A stretch of 64,000 nt of DNA from Monocercomonoides exilis PA203 (lineage: Eukaryota > Protista > Preaxostyla), in assembly GCA_001643675.2 (NCBI GenBank), contig LSRY02000013.1, positions 868,001 to 932,000 of the forward strand, given 5' to 3'. The notes below the pieces were generated by a model. It was given only the letters and a program-made list of their open reading frames with translations. It made no database searches and was not told the DNA's origin. The translations under genes were made by a program, and so were the position numbers. Below are positions 23,080 to 35,000 of the stretch, one piece after another. Every line of letters begins with the position of its first letter. Position 1 is the stretch's first letter.

Positions 23080-24948
23080 TCAGTTCTTAAAATCTCCTTT
23101 CCTTTTCATGTCCTCACTTTCTCGTTTGCTTTCATCCTCCCCTCCTGGACGCTCACTGTCTCTTTCCACATCTCTATCTCCTCCTTTCCCTTCCTTTTTC
23201 CTCTTCATGTCTTCGATAAGATTGCGATATGCCACGCGATCAAGATAGTCAAACGCAAACGGATTGGTTGATTGAAGCGATGATTGATCTACAGAAGAAG
23301 AAGAAGAAGAAGAAGAAGAAGAAGAAGAAGGTGAAGAAGATGATGATGATGAGTGTGCCATCGATGGCAGTTGAGAAGGAGGGGTCATTAAGTCTCGAAT
23401 CAGTGCATCTTCCAACCTCGTCTCTACTGCACTTGCTGCAGAGCCTGGAACAATTCCCATTTCCCTTTCACGTTCCTTCTCTCTTTCTCGCTCGTCCATC
23501 AGAAGCATCATCAGTTTCTCTGGAAACACTGCAATTTCTCTTCCGCAGGACAGATTCACATCATCAAATTGTCTCACCTCATCAAAAAAGGGATGATTCA
23601 TTGCTTCTTTTGCAGAGAGACGCTCTTGGTGGTCAAAGCTATATTAAAGGGAAATGAGTGAATGATATGAATTATGAAGAAACAGGAAGAAGGATTTAAA
23701 ATTGAAAGATAAAAATAAAATTGTCGAATAAGTTGGAAAAAAAGGAATAAATCATAAAAATAACATCTTTGTTTTTATTTTTAAAGAATTCTCATTCAAA
23801 TCACTTCTTATACAAACAAAAAAGAACAGAACTTTAACAAACCGAAGAAGATGATCAACAAGATCGATTCCATCAGCAGAGCAAAGATGTGCACATTCCG
23901 GAGTAATGAATGAAGTCCACTCTTTCTTCTCGCATCCTTTCAATTCGGGTGTCAGTTCAAATGGAAGCTCATATTTCCGAATATAATTTTCCAGTTCTTC
24001 AGTTCCCAGAACTTGAGTAATCTTCACAAGCTGATCGGGATCGTCACGCCCTCTGAAGAATGGCATTTTTTGGAAAAGTAATGAGGCAACAATACATCCG
24101 AGTGACCACATGTCCAGTGAATAGTCGTAATTCTTCATGTTTGTCAACAGTTCCGGTCCTTTGTAATGGCGTGATGCAACTCTCACATTGTACTCAGTTA
24201 AAGGACGATAGTATTCTGCCAATCCCCAATCAATCACGCGAAGTTGCTTCAAATTTTAGAAATCATGTAATTTAATTAATGTACAAAACAATAGAAAAAA
24301 TATTGAAGCATACGTGTTTTGAATGATCAATCATGATGTTATGTGGTTTGATATCTCGGTGCATAATTCCGCGAGAATGAGAAAAGTCAAGTGCTTTCAG
24401 AATTTGATAAAGATAAAAACGAATTTCTGGTGGTTGAAGTTTTGGATAAAGATCTTTGAAATCGTCGTTATCAACTTCTTCGTAAATAAAGCTATACATT
24501 CGTGAATCTGGATCTCTTACAATATCATAAAGCTGAACAATATTTGGCCCGCCATCAATGCTCGCAAGTACTTTCAATTCCCTTTGAAGCTTCTTCTTCT
24601 TAACCGGTCTTAAAACTTTCACAGCGCACATTCTGCCTGTGTGAATGTCGATTCCTTCAAACACTTCTCCAAACTTTCCATGCCCTATTTTTTTCATAAG
24701 CTCATATGGTTCGCATGAACTGTTATTAGTGTCCAAATGGATGTTGTAAAACAAAATTGATCATCATTATTCAACAAGTAAAAGCCAAAATAAATCGAAA
24801 ATTATTTAGATCAAAAATTTGCACACTGAGGCACTATCGCAACGGTATCAGGATCAGAAAATGATGAGGGGAAAGCATCTAACGCATTCGCATAATATCT
24901 TGCTTGGGACTGCCTCCACTTCGGTATTTTATCCCCAGCTTTCGACAT
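23080..24948 (-). CDS. CSNK2A: Casein kinase II catalytic subunit alpha with Ser-rich C-terminal extension; 3 introns
   Basis: [91 protein letters not shown] at 24948 (MSKAGDK...SQARYYAN). Confidence 0.97.
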
Positions 24949-25123
24949 GTGAACCGAAATAAAGGTAATGGCTTGATCAAGTTAGTTATTATTTTTTACA
25001 ATTTTTTTTGAAAGGAAGTGAATAAAATGATAACGTGATGACGTGCTAAAATTCGCAGGATGTGATGAGAATTTATTTTGAAACAAAGAAGATTTACAAA
25101 AAGGTTTAAATGATTTCCATTTT

Positions 25124-28100
25124 TCACTTTTTCGACATAACTTCAATCCAATCAGAAATGGATGCTACGCAACGCACTTCAGGATCAAAATATGCAGTGA
25201 GTCCAAGGAAAGTCTGGAAAAAAAAATTTTTTTTTTTAAACAGAAATGAATAAAAAAAAATAAAATTGTTAAATATGCAAACATTTTCATCTGGTTCAAT
25301 TCCCCATTCAATCAAGCAGCGTCTCAGCGCCTGAAGAGACATCGAGTCCGGATCTTCCTTCGACTCGCACATTCTAGCGACTTCTCTTGGATCGACTCCA
25401 GCTGCATCGAGTGTCTCCTTCACTTTTGCCAGAGCTGCATCCACATCCACACGAACAGGATACCCCTCCAACATCGGCAGCGGCACAAGTGTGTCACTCA
25501 CTTTGTTGCCCAGCTTGTAATGCAGTGTGAAGTCATCTGCATCATAAAGATAAATGTGCTTTCCTAACAAATTGTAGATGCTGCCTATGTGCAGATCTTG
25601 CGTGTGGAGGACGGTTGAGCCATCGCCGTCATCCAGTTTGTATTTCCCTCTTTCAAGGAATTTGCCTGTCTTTACACCAGAATTTCTGAGGGTGATATGG
25701 AAAATGCATAAAAATGTGTATAAAATAGAATTACACATAGAAAAGTGTACATTTTTTTTTAAAAAAAATATTGCAATAATCATTGCAAAAAGAAAGAGAA
25801 ATAATATTTTCAGTTGTTCAGTAAAATAAGCATGGATAAAAAATAAACAGTACAAACCTGTCATCTGGCTCATAAATAGCTATCGTGTCGTCAGAAGGAT
25901 AAGAGCTGAGAATAAAGCGTCGGGGTGCGTCTTGTGCTTTGCAGTCGAGCAGGCGCGCTTTGTATCTGAACACAACGCCTTCGAAGGAGATCATCTTGGA
26001 GAAGTCCTTCTTCGGCGGCTTCGGGAACAGATGCTTCACATTCTCCATTGTGTCATCCTCAGAGCCGATTCCGTCCCATGGCGGGATTTCCTGTGCAGTT
26101 TGATGAATGATGTGAAATGCAAAAGAGAAAGAGAGAAAGGAAAAAGAAGAAAAAAAAAAGGTTACAAAAATATAAAATAAAATATGAATGAACATCAAAT
26201 AAATAAAAATAAATCGTCATTATTTTTAATAAAACGAAAAGTTTTATTATTATCAGCATAACAATGCGTTTTGTCAACATCATCGCAAATTCTTCTATTT
26301 CTCTCCAATTCTCCTTTCTTCCTCTCCTCTCTTCTTCTCTCCTCCTCTTCTTCACATCAACAAACCGACTCTGGAGGTATCGTAACCACCTTCGGTAGTG
26401 TGATAGTCGGAAACTCAGTCACCCCAAACACTTCTGTGTAGTACTTCTTTGTGAATGCGTCGCAGGAATACAGCAAGAACGGCCGGCCAAACACAGAGAT
26501 CGTTCTGCCCACCATCAGATCAGCAGCAGTGAGGCAGCCGCCTTTCGTGACCTCCTCTGCCGTGGGCGACGTCGTCGGTCCGCGGAACTTCTTCGGAATG
26601 CGCGTCCGCCGCACAAACTGAGGGAAGTCCAGGTAGCCGGAATTGGAGCGCTTCATCTCTATCACCTGGATCGTGTCGTCGGAGAGATAGTATTGGAGGA
26701 CAAAGCTGTGCAGAGGAAGAGGAAGAGGAAGAGGAAGAGGAAGAGGAAGATGAAGAGAAGAGAGAAGAAGAAAGAAGAAATATCAATTGTTGAGATGATT
26801 CGATTAACAATTTTTGAATAAATTCAGCATTATACAAGGTCTGATTTCATGGGGAAAAAAAAAAAAATTGAATAAGCTTATTAATCGTCCTTATTTCTTT
26901 TTTTCTCCCTCTTTTTCTCTTCGCCCATATAAATATATAATTATCACATACGTTCTCAGATCTCCAAATGATTCAATGCGATCGTCCCAAACGCAGTAGA
27001 ACCGAAGCACTTTCCTGTCATTTTTCAAAAACTGCCTAAGCGCCAGCTTTTCTGGGTCTTGTGCTGCGGTGTGTCTTGGATGGGGCTTGCGGGCTTCCAT
27101 GTCTTCTTCCCAGGCATCGTGCGGCCATTCCTCAGGCTCAGGAACTTCAATGCCTACGCGGTTCAGGAAGTTCTGTTGTTGCACGTAAAAAAAAATATTT
27201 TTTGCGTTGAAGCATCAGAATAAACATTCCGTGGAAGAAGGGAAAAATATTGAATTTGAATGTTTGAACGAAGAATTAATGATTCATTGAAAAAGGCAAA
27301 TTTGTTTTAGTATATAATACATAAATTGTTCAGAGTGGAAAAAATCAAACTCTTGTAAATTTGTCGCAATCAACAATGTGATATACAACGCCATATATTT
27401 CAATGTCAAGACCGATATTAAGATCCTCCCATTTCAAATACTCGCCTGTGGTGCCAGCTTTTGGAAACTGATGCCTTCTCAATTTTGTTCCTTGGGGAAT
27501 GCCGCTGCAGTCTTGCCTAGTTTCATTTATTTGCATGCTATCATCTTCAAGATAACAATAAATTTTCACTTTGCTGAAGTGATAAAAATCAAATAGAAAA
27601 ATACAATCAAAAAAGTTTTTGTTCAATAGAATCGTTCATACTGATAACGAAATGTTTCAAGGCGTGACTCTGTAACACCTTCTTGGTAATATGCAAAAAA
27701 TCGAAGAACTTTACGATCAAATGCAATAAAAGCAGGAGTATGGTCAGCTTCATCGGATGGAATTGCGCTTGAACTTGAGCCATCAAGCGAACGGGCTCCA
27801 CTTTTCATAATAGAACGAGTCGTTCCTGAGACTTTTGGTTTTTGTCCAAGAAGAAGAGCTCCTCCAATTCCTGGGGCATCTTCATTCACAACAACACCTT
27901 GGTCAGGCCTATTCGTAAATGAGATTTGATTCAAATGAAATAAAAAAGAGAATTCTGTTTTGAATCATCTCAATCATATTTTAAGAAATCAAACTTTTTG
28001 TCAAAAACGTGACTTTTGTGGAATCTTTTCTCTCTAGGATCCATTGTCCTGTATCCAGGTAAAAATGGCAAATCTAAAGTTCAGGCATTCACAAACGGTG

Positions 28101-28168
28101 AAAAATTAAATAGCAATATGAAATATTAAAAAATTATAAATTAAACCATCGTATCTTCTTGTAGTCAT
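25124..28168 (-). CDS. EFHC1/RIB72-family axonemal protein with three DM10 domains; many introns
   Basis: N-terminal LPFLPG..FHKSH. DM10 motifs KVLRFFAYYQE...YLEDDSMQINE..SGIPQGT, KVLRFYCVWDD...NSGYLDFP, PPWDGIGSEDDT, RRFILSSYPSDDTIAIYEP...NSGVKTGKFLER. Confidence 0.92.
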
Positions 28169-28559
28169 GGAAAATTTGAAAACGGTTGTTTTGTTAACCC
28201 CTTTACTTAATTCGGAACTTCAAACGGCTATGGGAAATTTGATTTTTGAAATAATGAAACAATATCTCTTTTTGATAAGTGAATAATATTGCTCGAAATT
28301 ATCCCACTTATTAGTTTGAGCTTGTTCAATTTTCCATCATAAAATAACTTCGTTTGAAACTTTTTCAAATCATTTTCAAAATTGTGCATGACAAAGAATA
28401 ACACCAGCAGATTATTTTTACTCTTTTTCGAGTTAAAACTAAAATTAAAAAAAAAAATTAAAAAAAAATGATGAGCCGAGGATGAGAGAAAGGGGAAGAA
28501 AAAGATGATGATGAATAATAGACATTTCAAAGAGGATATTGCCATTATAATCACAAGAA

Positions 28560-29113
28560 TGAACGAACAAACGAAAAGCGAAAAAAGACTGTGTGATGGA
28601 AGTCAATGTGAAAGTTATCTAAGGAAAGGAAGAAAGAGGCATAGAGATCAGAATGAAGATCTCTTAGCAGAAGCACATTAAAGAAAGAGAGAAAGAGAGA
28701 GAGAAGATCAAATAGACAAAAGAGATGAAAGAGATTGAATCACAAAGCAGAAACAGAAGGAGAAGAAGGAAGAGCTGTGGAAGGTGAAGATGAACAGAAT
28801 GAAGAACAGAAAAATCGCAGTGGATGATGAAGAAAGAGGAGATATGAATAAGAGGTGCACATGAGGAGGAAATGATGATGAGAATACAGGAATATTGGCA
28901 ACTAAAATGGAAGCAAAATAAAAAGAGTTGCAGATGAAGAAAGAAGAGATGGGGCTGAAAAAGAAGCAGAAGATTGGAGAAGCGAATGAGATGACAAAGT
29001 TCAAAAGACAGAGGCAATTGATGCATGTCGATGAAGTCAGAGGGAAGCTGTCAGCAGCAGAAGGAAAGAAAGAAAAGCAAATAAAAAAGAAAAACTTTGA
29101 ACAAGAAAGATGA
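28560..29113 (+). pseudogene. Decayed Lys/Glu-rich coding-like fragment
   Basis: Purine-rich codon-like sequence with interspersed stops; only a 61-aa ORF remains and no homology is recognised. Confidence 0.3.
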
Positions 29114-29513
29114 GAAGATGATTTTATTGAATGTAATTTTTTTCCATTTCATAACGAAAACATTCAACATTATCTGCATTTAGAGAAGCATGAAAAATCA
29201 GATACAGATGCTGTTTTTTGAGCTTGTTGAATTTTCATTCAGTTGCCAAACAGTTTGAAGGCTAAAAGCACCAACAATCTCAAATTGCATATTCTTCTTG
29301 AAATATTCTGACGTATTTCGTTTCACTTCTAAAATTTTTTTATGAAATATCGAACGAACTATTCAAAAATCAACACATAACAAAAATTTGTTTCATTAAT
29401 TTTAGAGAAAAAGAGAGTTTGAATTGGGAATCATAAGAATTTCTTGAATTTACCAAAAATAAATGAAAAATCTTCACAACATTCTCACTTCAACAGTAAT
29501 CCATAAGCTTTCA

Positions 29514-29593
29514 ATAAAAATAAAAATAAAAAATAAAAAATAAAATAAATAAAATAAATAAAATAAATAAAATAAATAAAATAAAAAATAAAT
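29514..29593. repeat. A-rich (AAAAT/AAAT)n microsatellite
   Basis: aataaaaataaaaataaaaaataaaaaataaaataaataaaataaat... Confidence 0.85.
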
Positions 29594-29785
29594 ACACATC
29601 TATACATTTAAAAATATAAATAAAAGCTTCAAAATAACAAAATAAAGCTCTGTGTTTAATTGTGAAATAATATCTTCCAATAAGAATTTCTCAAAAGACT
29701 CACAAACAATTGAAATATATATATATATATACTCTTAATCTTCCTTTTTGTATCAAAAAAAGATTACTTATACTTATTATTGCCC

Positions 29786-31779
29786 CTATAATTGTTCTTC
29801 CTCTTCTTCATTTTCAGATTCCACATATCCATCAACAACATCTTCATCATTCACGTAATAATAATTCACCCAATCTTGATTATATTGAAGCTTTGAATGA
29901 TCATTTGAAGATATTCCTCCTGCATTCAAGCATTTTTTTAACAGTTCAAAATATTTTTCTTCTTTTTTGACTGTTGAATCCAAAAGACCATTAAATTGTT
30001 CCTCTGTATCTTTCACTTTCATTTCTTTCTCTCTGCCAGCTTCTCTTCCCATTTCATTATAATTAACATCTGCATCTGCATGCATGGCGCAAACCGGGCA
30101 AATGCTTGGGTCACATTTTGCCTTCAGCCTTCTTCTTATTCGTTCATCCTTCTTCGCTTTTACAGCGTCTTCTGATAAACTTGGAGTCAAATGGGCATTC
30201 AACATGTCAATAACTCCTTCTTCTTCGCACGCCTCTGCTAGCATTGCTTTTAGCTCTCCGCGCAAACTTCGAGGAAGGCATGTGTAATTTCTGACCTCCT
30301 CTTTACCAACATTCACCTGAAGTGGCCGAATACGTGCCATCGATGATACACAGACCCATCCATCCAAAAGTGCCTTTGCTGCCTCCAGTTTCAACTTATC
30401 GTTTGTCGTGTCACAAAACAATGAAGCTATTCTTCTCATAACATCTCTTTTCATGCACCGGGTGATTGACTCATAAGCCTGCTTCGCAAGCCAACATCTG
30501 ATGAACATAATTGCACACATCTGAAACTTTGAAATCATTTTTTGCACACTTTGCTCTTCGCAATACAGTCCATCGATCATGTGTTGGAAGTTGGCACCAC
30601 CTGAAGAATAAATATCAGGGCAACTTGCATCCAAAAATCTGCTTCCAGGGAAAATAGCCTTCCATTCTTCTTCAGTCCAGCTTCCAAACAAATAGCAAAA
30701 CACCTTTTCCACAATTCTGTTCTGACAAGTTAATATATGAGCAAATGCTAAAACATGATCAGCTGAAAGCCTGCACAAGCACTCGAATGCTTGAAGTGCC
30801 ATGCAGCATATTGCACCGCGTGAGCACACAGGCGGGATCCAGTCAGAAGAATTGCATTTGGGTAATCCAACAGAGGCTTGTCTGGAATTGAATGCATTTG
30901 GGTCAGGAATAAACGAATCAAGAGTTAAAATGGTATTCGTTTTAACGGTATTACCAAGTTTCAAATAAACTCTTAGTGATGACAATTTTTTTGTCATTTT
31001 CAATGCCTCTACAATCACAGAGTGAATACTGTTCGATAAAAGATAATATAGCCATTTCCCAACCAAAACGCATGTGCACTCTCCAATAAAAGGAGTAGCT
31101 CCTGAGAAAGACAAATAAATAAATAAATAAAACGTTTCTTGAAATGAATTTCTTCTCAAAAAAAAGTTTCACACCGTTATCAACAGAAAGATATCTATAA
31201 TAAGCAATTGTATTCAGGCAAATATCTTCATCATCGCATTCGCCTAAAGCAACAAGTTCTTCATCAATAGTTTCATATCTCTCCTCGCCAGAGAATAGAG
31301 AAATTGATTTTGCCAGTCTTTTCGCTGGCTCAGAAAGATTTCCCATATCCATTTCATATTCTTCTTCTTCAAGATCGCCGGAAAGGCATAAAATTTGGGA
31401 TATTTCCCCAAGAACGCGAGCTGTCAAAACTTCGCGAGGACTTTCAATAGCTCCGAAGCTGTCCTTCAATTTATTAATAATGTCTCTTTCATCCCAAGCA
31501 TAGAAGAATATATAAGATTGATGTTTAGCAATTTTGAGCAAATGATAAAATCTTATCAGCAGCGGCTCCAGTTCTCCAATTTCTTTATTCCTGATTTCTG
31601 TTGTAAAAAATGAAAAAAAAAAATATTTGATAGTTAACAGCATCAAATTTCAAAGAATATTCTTTTTAATAAAAACCGCTTTTTAAATAATCTATCTCTT
31701 CTTCCGCTGTCATCATATCCATTGCTTTGAAACTATTTTTTGATGTATTTTTTAAATCCGTTGCTTTTGACATGAGCAT
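29786..31779 (-). CDS. Hypothetical lineage-specific helical (possibly ARM-like) protein; 2 introns
   Basis: ATG 31779/31773 exon MSKATDLK...DYLKS, spliced to ORFs 30951..31646 and 29786..31159 across AT-rich GT-AG introns. No recognisable motif. Confidence 0.7.
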
Positions 31780-32044
31780 GAGAGATTTTTTAAATCAAAT
31801 AATTATTGTTATGATTATGGGAAAGCTCGCTCGTTTTATTCATTGTCTGTAATAATTGTTAAAGGTGAAAATTGACAATTTTATATAAAGATATTTTGTG
31901 TTTATTTGAATTAAACAAAGAATAGTCTATGTTAATACTTTATTATTTGAACAATAAAAAAGCAATCGCACAAAAATAACAATTTCGATTTAAAATGTTT
32001 TTTTGGATTAAATACAAATTAATTATTTAATTTTTTCTGAATTT

Positions 32045-35000
32045 TTTGAATTTTTCGATAAAAATCATGATTTTTTTAAAAAAACTCAGTCTCTTTTGTG
32101 GCTTGCTGAGAAAAAAGTTGGAGCAACAATAACCAAAAATAATATTTATTTCAGAATCCTTTCCATAAATGTGAGGTTCAATTTAAGGAATTCTTCACTG
32201 ACAATCCTTGGATTATCACCAAATGAAAGGAAGCAGATGAAATAAAGAGTTATCTTCTACGTTTTTAAAAACAATTGACTTTCATTTAACAAATTCAAGG
32301 AAAAAAAAAAATAAAAATGTGGAAAATATGCAAAATCTTTTTTTCTCTAATTTTATATAAATCCATCTCCATCAAAGTTAGAATCCAAAATGAATCATTT
32401 GTCTTCAAAAAACGCAAGGATGGGTCATGATCTTTTCATTTCGCGAATAAAACAACAGAGAACAGGAAGACAACAAAGAAAATAGTCTCAAATGATAGAA
32501 GAATAATGATACTACACAATTTGCAGGTTGCTGAAAGTTTGAAGATCTGACTGCTTTGTTGGAGCACTTTTCGATTTTTTGGACTCCAACAGATTTTGGA
32601 AACAAGATATAACTAATACCTTCGCCATATACATCCGTTCTGCTAGTTATATCTGGAGGATGATGGAAATGCCGTTTCAACCCGTTGAAGCAGAGCAGTC
32701 TGAAGAATTGCTTTTCCATTAACATGTCGATTCCTTCGTTCCCAGCGACTTTCAGCAACTGAGATGGTGCGAGACATTCATGAAATCATATTTGCTAAAA
32801 GTTATTTCTCTGCTATTTTTTTTTTCTGATGGGCAGAGGGATGAACAGCAGCGAATGAATTATTTGTGGATTGCTGATGCAAGCACAGCGAAAGGGAGGA
32901 TCAGAAAGAACACAGGGCTTGACAGACATCAGATCTATTGGTACATGGACTTGGATGGAATTAAACAAGAGAGCAAGGATCGAGAGAGCATTTGTTGGAA
33001 GAGGATTTGCTAAAAATGGAAAATATCAATTCACAAAATCATTCCACGGTAAAAAGAAGAACATTTCGCAATTGAGGGAATATTGTTGATGTTCGATGGA
33101 AATGATAGTATTTCTTCGGAAACAAACAAAAAATCACTGTATTTTAAAGAATTTATTTTTTCTATATTTTTTTTGAATTTTTTTTGAGCTTAAAATTATA
33201 TTTGAAATGATTGATGATTATTTTGTTGATTATGGAATTATTAGCGATTATTTGAGAAATGAAACCAAAATATTATTTTTGATGAAGAAATGCAGAGGAA
33301 TATGGGCTATATTGATCATTTGAGTTTTTCATTTGTGTTTTTGTTTGGCGAAGAGCAAGTTGCGCAGCAGAAGAATTATGAATCTTGCGCCTATTATTTT
33401 TGTGTGCGTCAGTGCTATTTGCGAGACAGAAGAAGCAACAGGAAACGAATTAAATGGATTGGACGTAAATTTTATGTTCCGATTGCCAAGAGAAAGAAAT
33501 GACTATTATACGCAGGGAAACAATCAGTACAGCATAATTGCATCAACATTTATTGTTGTGAACTGCTCATTGAGAACAGCGAATGTGTTGCAAATTCAGC
33601 CAGAAGGAAAAGCTTGTTTTTTGGTTTGCGAGGGGTCAAGGCTTGATGTGAGAGGATGTGTGATTTCAGTTTCATCACAAGTGAGCCCATTTGTGGTGGA
33701 TGGAGGAAGCATCCATTCAGTGAACCTGACGATTCGAACTTCGAAGCCGTTTGCACCAATTCCGCGACTTTTTTGCTCGTCTTTCAAAAATTCTGAGAGA
33801 GATGGAGCAAATTCGATAACTCTTCAAGACTCTTCATTTTCATCATTTGAATTGGATTCTGCTCCATTTCTTGCACCGAATGCGAGCTGCTTTGTGAGAG
33901 CCAGTGGGCTTGCCATGGCAAACATTTCAGTTGCTTCAGGAGCACAAAGGGAAATGGATTTGAGAGCGAGAACAGAAACAACGATTGAGAGCTGCTCTTT
34001 TTGCAGAGTTTGGGATGCTATTGATGGAGGCATTGCGAGGTCAGTGAACAGCCCCTGTGCCTCGCTGAGAGCCACAAATTCCTCATTTGAGTGCTGCTTT
34101 CGAACGATGAATGTGAACAAATCAGGTGGACGCAACATGACAAGGCAACCACTTGAGGCAAATGATACACACATTTTTACAGATTGTGAATGGTTTGATA
34201 CGGGATTTGCAAATATTGGAAGCGCTATTTATTTGGAAGGAAAATCGACACTCGAATGTTCAATGTGCTCATTCAAGAATATGAGTCACAACAATGATGG
34301 AGCTGTTTGTGTCCGTTCAGCAACAGGAGTGACAATGATAAATTGTAATTTCACAAATTGCGTGGCAAAAGATAATACTGGTGGAATGATCATTTATCTA
34401 TTGAATGGCGATTATTATTTTTCTGAATGTATCTTTTGCGAGTGTAAAGTGACTTCGCATTACGCAGGAGGATTGCGCATTCATCAATCTTCAGGAAGCA
34501 TGAATGAAACAATTGAAAAATGCAAGTTTATTCGCAATGAAGTAGGATCATTTGGAGGAGGATTATTTATGGAAGGTCAGCCGACACATTTTTTGATCAA
34601 AGAGTGTGAATTTTATGGAAACAAGGCAAATGGAACAGGAAAAGACTCCTTTGAAGGCGGTGGAGGAGGAATGGTAATAAATTCTATGAGTTGGATGGAA
34701 GCCGATCCATCTCCAAAAATAATTTCATTTTGCTTTTTCAGTGGAAACAAGGATATTATCGAAGAAGGTCACGATGTGAAAATCAGGAATTTTTTTCTCA
34801 AAGGTTCACCATTTGAATCGTCGTTTTCAACAACGTCAGAAAAGAGAGTGTTTTACAACAAAAGCAAAACGAATTATGATGAATGGCTTCCAACAATCAA
34901 AACAACATATGCAAGCGCAGGTGGTGTTGAAGGACCTGTTTGTGGGCTTTCGGAAAGCAATCCATGCAACACGATAACACAGGCATACAACATGATTGAG

